A program made the position numbers and the translations under genes. This document shows positions 20,766 through 30,545 of a stretch of DNA of 64,000 bases, piece by piece; the first letter of the stretch is position 1, and each line of letters opens with the position of its first letter. The DNA lies in the NCBI GenBank assembly GCA_964475985.1, contig CAYYYP010000009.1:14662-78661 (forward strand), in the 5' to 3' direction. The stretch comes from an uncultured Oligoflexia bacterium (GTDB lineage: Bacteria; Bdellovibrionota; UBA1018; CAYHWW01). Under the pieces are notes generated by a model. It did not search any database. It was not told where the DNA came from and was given only the letters and a program-made list of their open reading frames with translations.

Positions 20766-21493
20766 AGCTGAGACACGTCAATGGTTGTCTTTTTTTGCGC
20801 AGGCAACTTCGCCTCCTAAAAGACCTGATGGCGGACAAGTCAGCATTTGCAAAGTCCACATTAGAGCTTCTAAACTCGCTTGATTCAAAATTGCCCAATG
20901 ACGAAAATGGAATTCCTCCCCTGGAAGTTTTTGAGTCCTATCTCATCGATGACCTGGATGCGAGTACGGTGCTTCATCACCATTCCGAGGAATTGTTAAG
21001 ACTTGAAAAAATGATTCTGGAACAAAGTTTGTCGGAAACTTCCCGTGAGCAATTCCAGAAGAATCTACGCCACCCGCTGGAACTTAAGGAACGTTCCAAA
21101 TTTTTTGGGCGTAAGGCGGCGTTTGAAATCCTAGAACGTGGAGAACTGGTGCGCCCGCGTCCCTCGGAGGAACTTACCCTTAAGCAAACTCAATGGATTC
21201 TCTATCACCGGTTTCAGTTCGTGCCTTCGTATCAGGAACAGGGTTTTCTCACGGTAAGGGATCTGGAATCGCATTTGCTCATGGAAAATCGTGGCTGCCC
21301 TCACATACGTTGGCAGAGGTCAGCTGAGTTATTGGATTTACTTTGTGATCTAGAAGCGGATTTTTTTCTAGGATTTCTAGAGGTCACGGCCCCCCGCAGC
21401 CATTTTCAAAAGAGGCCGTCGGCATTGGCCCATTGTTGCGTGTGGGAGCTTCACTCTACGGCTGGCTTATCTACTCTTTCAAGCCAGCGATAA
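20756..21493 (+). CDS. Hypothetical protein, translationally coupled to the upstream large gene
   Basis: The ORF overlaps the stop of the upstream gene by 10 bp, and its 3' end overlaps the convergent regulator gene by 43 bp. No recognisable domain. The true start may be the internal Met (MADKSAF). Confidence 0.4.
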   Translation: MGVELRHVNGCLFLRRQLRLLKDLMADKSAFAKSTLELLNSLDSKLPNDENGIPPLEVFESYLIDDLDASTVLHHHSEELLRLEKMILEQSLSETSREQFQKNLRHPLELKERSKFFGRKAAFEILERGELVRPRPSEELTLKQTQWILYHRFQFVPSYQEQGFLTVRDLESHLLMENRGCPHIRWQRSAELLDLLCDLEADFFLGFLEVTAPRSHFQKRPSALAHCCVWELHSTAGLSTLSSQR

Positions 21494-22923
21494 ACTGTAC
21501 GCAAATTGATCCCTAAAATCTGCGCAGCCTGTGCTTTGTCACCTCGACATAGGTCCAGTGTTTGGCGAATCACATGATCTTCAATCTGGCGAAGGGGTGT
21601 ACCGAAGGGAAGTACGATGTGAGCTTCGGGTTCGGCCTTCGCAGATAAAGACTGTTCAAGAATTTGTTTTGGTAGATCACGAACCGTAATCAGTCCGCCT
21701 TGGCAAAGAGCCGCTCCGCGTTCCACGACGTTGCGCAGTTCTCGCACGTTTCCCGGCCAGTCATAACTTTTGCAGAGCGTCCTAGCTTCCTTCGTCATGC
21801 TGACTTCCTGTCGAAGGTTTTCTTGTTCAGGTGTCGTGAAAAACCGGCAAAAGTAATCTAGCAAAGCTTCGATGTCGCCAGGGCGCTGGCGCAATGGATA
21901 CACATCAACGCTCACTACGCGTAATCGGTAGAGTAAATCTTCCCGGAACTTTCCCTGGTCGCAAAGAGATTCAAGCTCCTGGTTCGCCGCCGTAACCCAG
22001 CGCACATCGATTCGTCTACTCTCGTTACTGCCTAGGGGGCGCACCTCTTTTTCCTGGATGACCCTCAGTAATTTTGACTGCATGCTCAAACTCATAGACG
22101 TGATCTCATCAAGAAAAAATGTACCACCGTCGGCCAAGGTAATCTGACCGGGTTTTTCTTGGTGAGCTCCCGTAAAAGCTCCACGTTCATAACCAAAAAG
22201 TTCACTCTCTAATAAAGTTTCCGGCAACGCTGCCGCATTGAGCGCTACGAAAGGTCCATTTTTCCGGAGGCTTTTCTCATGAAGTCGCTTGGCCAGGAGT
22301 TCCTTTCCCGTGCCACTCTCCCCGGTGATGAGCACCGACGCTAAGGTCGGCGCCACTTGATCAATCAGCTGAAGAACCGCTTGGGATTTTAAATCCTTTG
22401 CGATGAACTCCGTGGGCGGCGCAGGAGTCATGGGAAGCGAGGCCGCCTTTTTGGCTTGTTTTAGGCGGTAGGCGCGCAATCTTAAAGTTTCCTGGCAGAG
22501 GAGTTCCAGTTCCTTTTTTTTAAGCGGCTTCATCAAAAAGTGGATGGCACCCTGGCGCATGAGCTCGATGGCCTGGGCGAGATCGCCATAGGCCGTCATA
22601 AAAGCCACGTGCGGGCGGGACGTTTTATCACGTTGTCCCTGACCGCTATGAATCACCAGGTTTTCTAGGCAAGCATGCTTAAAGAACAAGTCCCCATCCA
22701 TGACGGGCATTCTCAAATCGCAAAGGATCAAATCAAATTGTCCCTGATTCCTCAGGATCTGCAATCCTTCTTCGCCGTGGGCAGCGCTCGTGCAATCATG
22801 ACCCAATCGTAAAAACATCTCCTGCAAAGAAACGCGGCCTGAGACATCGTCATCAATGGTGAGGATGCGAAGTTTCCGAAGCTCCTCAGGATGCCCGGAT
22901 GGTTGACGCGTAGGGGGTTTCAT
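21451..22923 (-). CDS. Sigma-54-dependent transcriptional response regulator (NtrC family)
   Basis: Receiver domain (LTIDDD...ILCDLRMPVMDG), an AAA+ sigma-54 activator core (GESGTGKELLAKRLH, a GAFTGA-like ERGAFTGA) and a C-terminal Fis-type HTH. Confidence 0.9.
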   Translation of the reverse strand: MKPPTRQPSGHPEELRKLRILTIDDDVSGRVSLQEMFLRLGHDCTSAAHGEEGLQILRNQGQFDLILCDLRMPVMDGDLFFKHACLENLVIHSGQGQRDKTSRPHVAFMTAYGDLAQAIELMRQGAIHFLMKPLKKKELELLCQETLRLRAYRLKQAKKAASLPMTPAPPTEFIAKDLKSQAVLQLIDQVAPTLASVLITGESGTGKELLAKRLHEKSLRKNGPFVALNAAALPETLLESELFGYERGAFTGAHQEKPGQITLADGGTFFLDEITSMSLSMQSKLLRVIQEKEVRPLGSNESRRIDVRWVTAANQELESLCDQGKFREDLLYRLRVVSVDVYPLRQRPGDIEALLDYFCRFFTTPEQENLRQEVSMTKEARTLCKSYDWPGNVRELRNVVERGAALCQGGLITVRDLPKQILEQSLSAKAEPEAHIVLPFGTPLRQIEDHVIRQTLDLCRGDKAQAAQILGINLRTVYRWLERVDKPAVE

Positions 22924-24793
22924 TTGAGCGCTCTCCTAAATTCTTTGGGGCAAGGGTTTTGAAAAACTGCAATGGTAAGGAAACTTCAAAACACGCGGAA
23001 TTCTTTGCATTGACGCTCAAAGTAAGATCCCCCCCAAATTTACGGCAGAGCTCGCGGGCAACCGCTAAACCAAGGCCATGGCCCTTAGCCTTCGTCGTCA
23101 CGAAAGGCCTAAAAATTTCCGTTCGCAAATCTTGGGAAACACCTGGCCCGTTGTCCGAAACCCGCACTAAAAAATTTTGGGCTACCCGCACCGCTTCAAT
23201 GTGAATGATGCGTTGAGGCGGGGTGGAACCGCCGTGGGCTACGTTTTCGAGATGATCCAGGGTAAAGGCCTCCATGGAATTTTTTACTAAATTCAACAAT
23301 ATTTGTTGAAGTGCGCGCGCTAGATCCTGGGGCAGAAACACCTCTTCCATGGCCTGGGAAATATTGAGATCCATTTCCACGCCATGGGCCATGAGTTGAA
23401 GACTCATGAGATTTAAGCTGTGCTCAAACACTTTTTGAAACTCAACTTTCTTTTTAGCGCTCCAATCATCGCCGATGCGCTGGGTGGAATCACGCGAAAC
23501 ATTCAAGTATTCATCACAAGTGCGATTAAGACGGTCAATCTCCCCGTGAATCAACGCAAGCCTAGCTGAGTCATTTTTTGAAACTTCCAGCATTTCTAAC
23601 TGTAAACTTAATGCATTTAATGGATTCCTGATTTCATGGGCCATCTGGCTTGCCATTTTACCCATGAAGCTCAGTTTTTCCGCAACGCCTAGCCGCTCCT
23701 CTAATTCTACCCGCGGAGTCACGTCGGAAATGATCACCAGGCAATTGACCGCATTTTCTAAGTCAATAAACTGCAAATTGAAATCAAAAGATTTTCCCGC
23801 CAAACGGCCAATTCCTTTAAGTTCATGGAGCTGCAGATTTTCGCCCTTTGCCAACACCGCATTGAGATCCACGCCCAGGTTTTCCAAGAACAACCTTTTT
23901 GAATCAGAGAGCTTAGGTGCGCCTTCATTTTGAAACATGCGCCAGAACGATTTGTTCGTACGTAGAATTCCCCCGTCATGACTGAGCATCATGAGAGCTA
24001 AGTCCAGGGAATCGAGAATTTTATCGCTCAGTGACGTGAGTTTTTTTAGGTCATCTAGACGCCGATGGGAGAATTCTAGCTCAAGGGTTGAGGTGCGTAG
24101 AATTTCTTGCATACTCCTACTGCGGTGGGAAATCTCAAGTTCTTTTTCCTTCTGCAGCTCCTCGAATCTCCGGCGAAAACCGCTTCGTTTCGCCCAGGCG
24201 ACTCCCGCAAAAATGGAAAGGTAGAACGCCCACATGAGAAGTAGATTTCTACTCAATGTATTTTGTTTTACCTGCCAACCGGCCAGGGTATGTTTCTGTT
24301 CGCGTGCGAGGTTCTCTAGACTTCTTTCCATTCGCGCCTGGAGTTCCCTTAAGGACAAGTAAAACTCACCTCCCGCCGTCAAATCACCTTGCGATAAAGC
24401 CCGCTTTAAATTTTTTGCAAAACTTAAGTCTTGCTCGGCGAGCAAGTCATTTTGGTGGGAAAGCAAGTTCTTAAGGCTTCCGTAGGAGGTGTCGAGTTTC
24501 TTAATCAACGACTGGACTTCGGGCTCAATAAATTTTTTGTAGGCGCCGGGCGGTAGGTTTAAATCGAAGTCTTCCGAGCCCCATTTGGAGAATTGCACCG
24601 AGGAGTCAATCATTTTGCGGTACAGTACGAAACGGCCCACGATGTTTTCCGTCTGGGCGAGCGCTCCTTCCACTAGGTTTTGCTGCATGTTCTTGAGTTC
24701 AATCAGTTCTTGATATGCCCAATAGCTTTTACTAGCTAAAACCAACCCTGCGACCAGAAGCACTAGAGGTAAAGGATCCCGAGTTTTGCCCAT
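22886..24793 (-). CDS. Sensor histidine kinase
   Basis: N-terminal membrane anchor with coiled regions, an H-box (MAHEIRNPLNAL) and an HATPase_c domain (VSDNGPGV...GHGLGLAVAREL). It overlaps the downstream regulator gene by 38 bp. Confidence 0.88.
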   Translation of the reverse strand: MGKTRDPLPLVLLVAGLVLASKSYWAYQELIELKNMQQNLVEGALAQTENIVGRFVLYRKMIDSSVQFSKWGSEDFDLNLPPGAYKKFIEPEVQSLIKKLDTSYGSLKNLLSHQNDLLAEQDLSFAKNLKRALSQGDLTAGGEFYLSLRELQARMERSLENLAREQKHTLAGWQVKQNTLSRNLLLMWAFYLSIFAGVAWAKRSGFRRRFEELQKEKELEISHRSRSMQEILRTSTLELEFSHRRLDDLKKLTSLSDKILDSLDLALMMLSHDGGILRTNKSFWRMFQNEGAPKLSDSKRLFLENLGVDLNAVLAKGENLQLHELKGIGRLAGKSFDFNLQFIDLENAVNCLVIISDVTPRVELEERLGVAEKLSFMGKMASQMAHEIRNPLNALSLQLEMLEVSKNDSARLALIHGEIDRLNRTCDEYLNVSRDSTQRIGDDWSAKKKVEFQKVFEHSLNLMSLQLMAHGVEMDLNISQAMEEVFLPQDLARALQQILLNLVKNSMEAFTLDHLENVAHGGSTPPQRIIHIEAVRVAQNFLVRVSDNGPGVSQDLRTEIFRPFVTTKAKGHGLGLAVARELCRKFGGDLTLSVNAKNSACFEVSLPLQFFKTLAPKNLGERSNETPYASTIRAS

Positions 24794-24907
24794 TGACTCA
24801 TATTCTACATGAGGCGGAATTTAGAAAAAGGATGATGCTTTAAGTCAGACAAGACAAATTGCCAAAGTTAGGAAGTTTTTGCCTAGCTTGGAAAGGGCTC
24901 ACCGGTG

Positions 24908-25029
24908 GCCACACGACGGCCCAAAAAAACTTGCGTGAGGAAACGGGCATCCTGCCCTGCTTCACGCTTGGGATCGTCATCGTGACGCGTGAGCTTCCTC
25001 ACGCAAGTTTTTTTGGGCCGCCGTGTTTC
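24908..25029. repeat. Composite palindromic element, copy B: ~33-bp inverted arms with one mismatch around a 52-nt structured core, in opposite orientation to copy A
   Basis: Arms are cacacgacggcccaaaaaaacttgcgtgaggaa and ttcctcacgcaagtttttttgggccgccgtgt. The reverse complement of the core matches copy A (CTCACGCGTCA[G/C]GATGACG[G/-]ATCCCA[C/A]GCGTG) and then forms GGGCA-gga-TGCCC where copy A has GCGCA-cga-TGCGC. Confidence 0.8.
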
Positions 25030-25167
25030 ATACGCTGTGCATTTCTTTGGCCTGGAATTACATATCTAACAAACGAATTTAAATTGATTACTTTTCTCAG
25101 GACATACTTTGCGTACGGGCGCTGGCATTTTGGATCGAGGTCGTTGCTGCACCTATGACAAACTGAC

Positions 25168-28100
25168 CTACCGCAAACCCTGAAGGCTTTTTGTAATGCA
25201 GTTTAAACCTTCGGCCGAGGTTGGGGTTTCGATTAGTGGAGTGAGGAGATTTGTTAGTGTGGTTTGGAGTTCGGTGCCTTGGGGGCCGCGGTAGTGGGCG
25301 AAGGATCTTTCGGTGAAACCGCGGGCGGCTTGCGTTTTAGAGATGACGTGGGCGGCCGTGGTGGAGAAGGCTTGCCTGAGTTGGCTGGGAGATGGACTTA
25401 CTTCTAGATTTAGTTCGGAGTGAATGGAGTTCAAATGAGTTACGGCCTCACCTACGGAAATTTGGTTTTGGTTTAATCTTTGATAGGTACGAATAAGGCG
25501 GTCGGCGAGCATGAGGGCTTCGCGAGGGTCGAGGCTTTGGTGTCCGCCTACACTTTGGATGATGCGCCGGAGTTGGGAGTGTTCGCGGGCGATGGCTTCG
25601 TTTCTTTCGTTTAAGACACTAGATTCAAGTCCTAAGGGGTTACCTAAAAATGGGATAGTCGTGGGCTCGTGGGCTAAATTTTCAGTGATGGATTGGGACG
25701 GCTCAGTTGGGCTAGAAGCGGCAACCGGCGCCTCAGTGAGTCCAAGTGCAAGATAGTCTCGCAGCGGAGGTAAGGCGTACGTTAAAGGTGCACTATCAAC
25801 AGATTTTGTTGTATTTGTAGCTGTAGCTGTCGCAAAATTTGGGGACGCGTTTTGGATGCGCCTGCGGGCGATAAATTCTCTTGCTCTCATCGCCGCGTTC
25901 CTTGCCCTGCGCCACCATTCTTGAATATGACTTTGGGTGGTTTGGAATCCTCGTCTTAATCCTGCACCACGGGATTGCGCGACTGCCGGCACCGGCGAGC
26001 GAGGGTCGCGTCGGTTTGGGGTTGAATCATAAATCGTACGGCGAATTTCGCCAGCGGGTGACCTGCGCAGTTCGTGAGTTCTTGCGTGAAAGTCGTCAGC
26101 CCTTAATGTCCGAGCACCCGGCTCCACCCAGAATTCCGAGCGGGACTCAACTCTCACCGATGGATTTCCACCATGATAGCTTTCTAGAACCGCACTAAAA
26201 ATTTCACTGGCGCCAGAACACTGCGTGCAGACCACGGCATCCTCCGCCAGAAACCTTGCTAGCGGCGTGAACTCATTTTCAAGTTTCGTACTGGGATGCG
26301 CAGGAAATGTTTGTTCCGATCGGTAAGTATAAAGGCCTGACTCTCGAACCGTGGCTTCCAGTTCTGATCCAACCACTAAAATACTATTGCGTTCGGAGTG
26401 CGACCGCATCAAAGCATCAAGCCTATCCGCTAATACTACAAAACCCGCATCCCTAAGTCGCATAATCACCGGTCTTAGGCGTTCTATTTCATAAGTCTGC
26501 GAAAGCGGATTTGCCGCATCGGGCGTGGCGGATATTCGGTAAGCGGCATTGATATGAAAGAAGGGAACCTGCCCCCCGACCTCTCTTCGCAAACGAACAA
26601 TGTTTTCCCGCGTTGGCCCGTGCATGAGAACATCATAATCTTTACCTTGCTTAAGCCTGCGGCCTTGGAGATCGGTCACTTCAATATGGGAGAGCACGTG
26701 ATTTTCTGGCCGCGGAAGTGGTGCATCCGGGGCATGTGGCCCGCCGAGCATGGGAACTCGAGTGCGAACCTCCACCAACGCCGGATAATTTCTATTTCTT
26801 CCACGTAAAAGCCAAGCCACGGGATTCCTTGCGGGAGGTGGTGGTACGTTCACAACATGGGATTCTGAAGCATTTCTAAAATCTTCAACTTGTCCCAGGA
26901 GAAAGTGAGCGGGCATTTGTTCTCGAGGAATTCGCCCGCGGTAAGCCACATGATAATGAATGTCGTCCTTTGGGATATGGTTGGTCGCGGTGCTCCTAGC
27001 CCCCAATGGCAACGCTACCGGCTGCGGGGTAGCGGTCGCCGATGTTGGAGGAGCTTCTAAATTATTATTATTTTGGGCCGTCGGCATTAGAAACCCGCCG
27101 TGGTTAGCTCGGTCTATCCGTTCCACTAAGTTTTCGGCGGGTAAATTATTACGCCTAAGCGATCGTTCTCTTTCCAATACAGAGTCCATTCCTTCGCTCC
27201 AAAGGTGAGCCTCCAATGCTACGGCAGCTTTGTTGATGTCATTTGGCAACCACCGCAACGGTTGGGTTTGTTCATGCTGCCGCACGAAATGTCCGAGCTG
27301 AAATTCCATATCGGAATCTGCGGTAAACTGCGCATCAAGCACCCTCACCCCTTCCGCATAATTCTGAATCAAATGCGGTACGGATCTTCGAAATAAAGTC
27401 TCCCGAACGAGGTCCTGCTCCGTAAGTATCTCGCCCCGGGGCCCCCTGGCGTCTGGCTCCGTCATGAAATATGTGGAAACCGCGTCCGGGTTCATTTCTG
27501 GGGGTAAATGCGGTAAATACTGGAGCGTGCTCACGGGCACCCTTTGACCGCTCAGCAATAGAACAGGTTCATTTGTAAGCGAATCCCATTCAAAATTAAT
27601 TCTATTTAGGTCAGCGACATCCAAGATATGCACGTCTTTTCCAATCCTGCGTCCCTGCACATCAAAACCTTCCGGTAGAACTCCTCGATAATTCGGATCC
27701 GGAATATACGCGAGCGATCCATGCCCTTCCGAGATCATCGTCGCAAATGCGCCTCGAAATCGGTTCCGTAAAACATCCAACTGCCTTCGCCGCCACAGGG
27801 CTAATTCCTGAGCCGGCGGCAGCCGCAAAGCATTGGCTTTTCTTACTCTTGCATCGTGGGTAAGATGGGTGACCAGCCGATGATAATCCTGATTATAGGG
27901 TGGTTGATTTAGGAAACGTTCCGGGCTCAGCGTGACCGAATTTTTTTGAATGAAATCTGGCGTTCGAGATGGAATGCCCGGAAGGGAAAGTGGCGCCACT
28001 TGGGGCAAGTTTTCAGGTAATGGGCTCGCCGATACTCCATAGGGAGCAATGCTTCTAGTTGATAAAACGACTTCGGTTAACGGATGAGACTGGCTGATGG

Positions 28101-30429
28101 TTTCTAAAATTTGCGCTCGCGCCTGAACGTCGATGACCGTCTGTTCCCTTGGGGATAAAGGCGGAAGCATTGCTTCGTTGGACGTTACTTTTTCGCCCGT
28201 TTCGGAAACATTTTGTGCCGGGTTTCGTTGTCGCGCCTGCAACCGCAAGTAATCATGCTGAAGCCGAGTCATGGGGTCTAGTAAAAAGCTCTCCCCTCGC
28301 GACTGCACTGCCTCGTCCAGAAGTCGGTTTCGCCGCAAATGCCCGATCCGCATATTCCGAATGCGATCCGCCCCAAACAAGGTGGTGCCCCAATTGATTG
28401 CATTATAAATTTCTGACGCAGTACGGTCCGTAATTTTTGAATGATCAAATAATGTCGTGAGGCTCGGAAGCCCTGGCTGCTTCACCGTACTTAGCACCAC
28501 TTGGGCAAGGTCACCTAAGGACCCATCTTGTCCCCTTAGGCGGAGCAAAGGTTCTTCCTGCTCCCTCACAATATTCCCAACGCCAAGTGACTGAGCCACA
28601 TCTAGATCCGGCGTAATAAAGAGCGCCATCCCCGAATGGACACTGCGCACCGGCGTAGGGCCCGCCAAAAGAAGTTCAACATCGTTTGTGCGTTCCAGTA
28701 GAGACGAAGGAACCGTCATATGCGACTGCGAACCTATGTAACGATCATAAAGTACTCCGCTGGGTATACCTCGCCTTCGCACCCAGTCCCTCGTGCGGTT
28801 ATGCCAGTCCGCAGTATTATCGCCCCACCATTTACCATGGCCAGCATCCACGCCGGCCCGCACTTCGGGGATGGTGTGGTAGAAATCAGTTAAGGTGTCG
28901 AGCGCATAGGTATAATTTAATGAACTTGGGGTTTCTGTTCTTAAAATTTCCACAAGCTCGTCGCGAATATTTCTATCGTAGTGGACCAAACGGCGAAAGG
29001 CCGGAAAGAAATTTAAAAACTTTCGGTTTCTTACATCTTCGAGAATAAACGCCCTAGTCTCCGGCGTGTAGGCCGAGGCAGGGATTGCGCGATTAAGGGA
29101 AGAAATCAATCGGTCGTAGGGAAACTGATTCCTAAGATATGGAGCATTATAAATATTAATTATTGCAGCCTGGACCTCCGGTCTCGAATAACCCACATCA
29201 ACCATGTCTGGCAGGCGCGCTACGGCGTGCATAATCAACGCTACGTTAAGGTGAGTCCCATCGCCGCCACTGTTCCTCGAGATATTTCGCGCAAAGTGCC
29301 CCAAAACATACGCCGAAAGCTCAGGCGAAAAAGTTTCTTTAGAACCCTGGTATCTATCAGCCGTTAGTTTTAAAATTTTCGCCACCAAGTTATAGCGACC
29401 TTGAGCTTCAAGTTCCGGTAAAATATATCGGGCTAACGCGGCCTCGGGCGGCCGTAACTTAGTACGTTTATTGTTCAGTTCTGCGGTGAGAATATCCACA
29501 AATGCATCAGGGTCCCTCCGCAATTCTGCTAAGTAAAAATCTCGAATCCGCGGGCTCGCATACATGAGGTGCGGAAAAAGATGGAAGATATCTTTTGGTT
29601 GTGAAAGAAGCGCACTTTCAATTTCTGGATGGAGCTGGCGAGTATTTCCTAATTTCTGAATAAGCTGCCGCATATCATCCCCGTAAAAGTACCCCCTAGC
29701 GTGCCGCCGCAAAAAAGCCTCGCGCACCCAACGGACTCCATTCACGTGCTCAAGCAAAGAAGATTCAAACACTAGCGCGTCAAGATCTGCAGATTCCATG
29801 ACCAGACTTCCAGAGTCCGTACTCCAAGGGTGCGCCGCAAGTAAGGGCCCCCATTGCTCCAAGTCAGCCCGTGGAGTGTGGTAGTACACCGCCAGCCCTT
29901 TGATAAACGTATCCTCCGCAACGAATCGCTCCCCCTCGGGAACTTCGTAGAGTCTCGCTAAAATAAGGGATTTAAACCGTTGATTACCGTTCGCAATATG
30001 AAAGAGTCGCGCCCATACGTCCATGCTCGAATAATTCGTACGACGTAAAAAGCTCAATAAAATTTTAATCCCATCAAGCCCCGACCATGAGTATCCCGTC
30101 GCATGCAAAATCCGATACGCCTTTTCACCACGGAGCGCCTCCGCTTCAGCCCCACTTTGAAGGCCTCGGGCAAGCCGCACAAGTTCATCCAACGCCACTT
30201 GCCGATCACCGGCATTTTGGTTGAAAATCGCCTTAATTAAAAATACAAATCCGTCGGCCTGCGCCGACTGGAAGTCAAACGTATCCACGATGGCCCCTAC
30301 CCGTTCCCGAATCAAATGCGGTGGTGAACCAAAAACCAAATGCGGAGAAAATCCCTCCGCCGCCAACACTGCGACGAGGGTAAAACACCACAACCTAAAT
30401 TTTGACCAGGTTTTTGGGACGGACGTCAT
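25168..30429 (-). CDS. Giant hypothetical secreted protein (1753 aa) with no recognisable domain
   Basis: Uninterrupted 5.26-kb ORF starting ATGACGTCC with an N-terminal signal-like segment (FRLWCFTLVAVLAAEG). Arg-rich, with composition similar to the 1616-aa protein. It is followed by palindromic element B. Confidence 0.7.
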   Translation of the reverse strand: MTSVPKTWSKFRLWCFTLVAVLAAEGFSPHLVFGSPPHLIRERVGAIVDTFDFQSAQADGFVFLIKAIFNQNAGDRQVALDELVRLARGLQSGAEAEALRGEKAYRILHATGYSWSGLDGIKILLSFLRRTNYSSMDVWARLFHIANGNQRFKSLILARLYEVPEGERFVAEDTFIKGLAVYYHTPRADLEQWGPLLAAHPWSTDSGSLVMESADLDALVFESSLLEHVNGVRWVREAFLRRHARGYFYGDDMRQLIQKLGNTRQLHPEIESALLSQPKDIFHLFPHLMYASPRIRDFYLAELRRDPDAFVDILTAELNNKRTKLRPPEAALARYILPELEAQGRYNLVAKILKLTADRYQGSKETFSPELSAYVLGHFARNISRNSGGDGTHLNVALIMHAVARLPDMVDVGYSRPEVQAAIINIYNAPYLRNQFPYDRLISSLNRAIPASAYTPETRAFILEDVRNRKFLNFFPAFRRLVHYDRNIRDELVEILRTETPSSLNYTYALDTLTDFYHTIPEVRAGVDAGHGKWWGDNTADWHNRTRDWVRRRGIPSGVLYDRYIGSQSHMTVPSSLLERTNDVELLLAGPTPVRSVHSGMALFITPDLDVAQSLGVGNIVREQEEPLLRLRGQDGSLGDLAQVVLSTVKQPGLPSLTTLFDHSKITDRTASEIYNAINWGTTLFGADRIRNMRIGHLRRNRLLDEAVQSRGESFLLDPMTRLQHDYLRLQARQRNPAQNVSETGEKVTSNEAMLPPLSPREQTVIDVQARAQILETISQSHPLTEVVLSTRSIAPYGVSASPLPENLPQVAPLSLPGIPSRTPDFIQKNSVTLSPERFLNQPPYNQDYHRLVTHLTHDARVRKANALRLPPAQELALWRRRQLDVLRNRFRGAFATMISEGHGSLAYIPDPNYRGVLPEGFDVQGRRIGKDVHILDVADLNRINFEWDSLTNEPVLLLSGQRVPVSTLQYLPHLPPEMNPDAVSTYFMTEPDARGPRGEILTEQDLVRETLFRRSVPHLIQNYAEGVRVLDAQFTADSDMEFQLGHFVRQHEQTQPLRWLPNDINKAAVALEAHLWSEGMDSVLERERSLRRNNLPAENLVERIDRANHGGFLMPTAQNNNNLEAPPTSATATPQPVALPLGARSTATNHIPKDDIHYHVAYRGRIPREQMPAHFLLGQVEDFRNASESHVVNVPPPPARNPVAWLLRGRNRNYPALVEVRTRVPMLGGPHAPDAPLPRPENHVLSHIEVTDLQGRRLKQGKDYDVLMHGPTRENIVRLRREVGGQVPFFHINAAYRISATPDAANPLSQTYEIERLRPVIMRLRDAGFVVLADRLDALMRSHSERNSILVVGSELEATVRESGLYTYRSEQTFPAHPSTKLENEFTPLARFLAEDAVVCTQCSGASEIFSAVLESYHGGNPSVRVESRSEFWVEPGARTLRADDFHARTHELRRSPAGEIRRTIYDSTPNRRDPRSPVPAVAQSRGAGLRRGFQTTQSHIQEWWRRARNAAMRAREFIARRRIQNASPNFATATATNTTKSVDSAPLTYALPPLRDYLALGLTEAPVAASSPTEPSQSITENLAHEPTTIPFLGNPLGLESSVLNERNEAIAREHSQLRRIIQSVGGHQSLDPREALMLADRLIRTYQRLNQNQISVGEAVTHLNSIHSELNLEVSPSPSQLRQAFSTTAAHVISKTQAARGFTERSFAHYRGPQGTELQTTLTNLLTPLIETPTSAEGLNCITKSLQGLR

Positions 30430-30545
30430 CTTCTAAGTGATCGGAAGAAGACCAGAATCCATGGATAGCTAGGTTAGCTTAAATCAAAAAAGCGAATTTC
30501 ACTTGGCAAAAGATTCCCCACGCCACGGCATTAAATTTATTTTAT

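Noticed and set aside
24859-25158. 99-aa ORF in the intergenic region between the giant gene and the kinase
   Set aside because: It spans palindromic element B, has no RBS or recognisable domain, and its reading frame is an artefact of the inverted repeat.
30430-30545. Possible sigma-54 promoter (TGGCGTGGGGAATCTTTTGCC) upstream of the 1753-aa gene
   Set aside because: The GG-to-GC spacing does not match the -24/-12 geometry.
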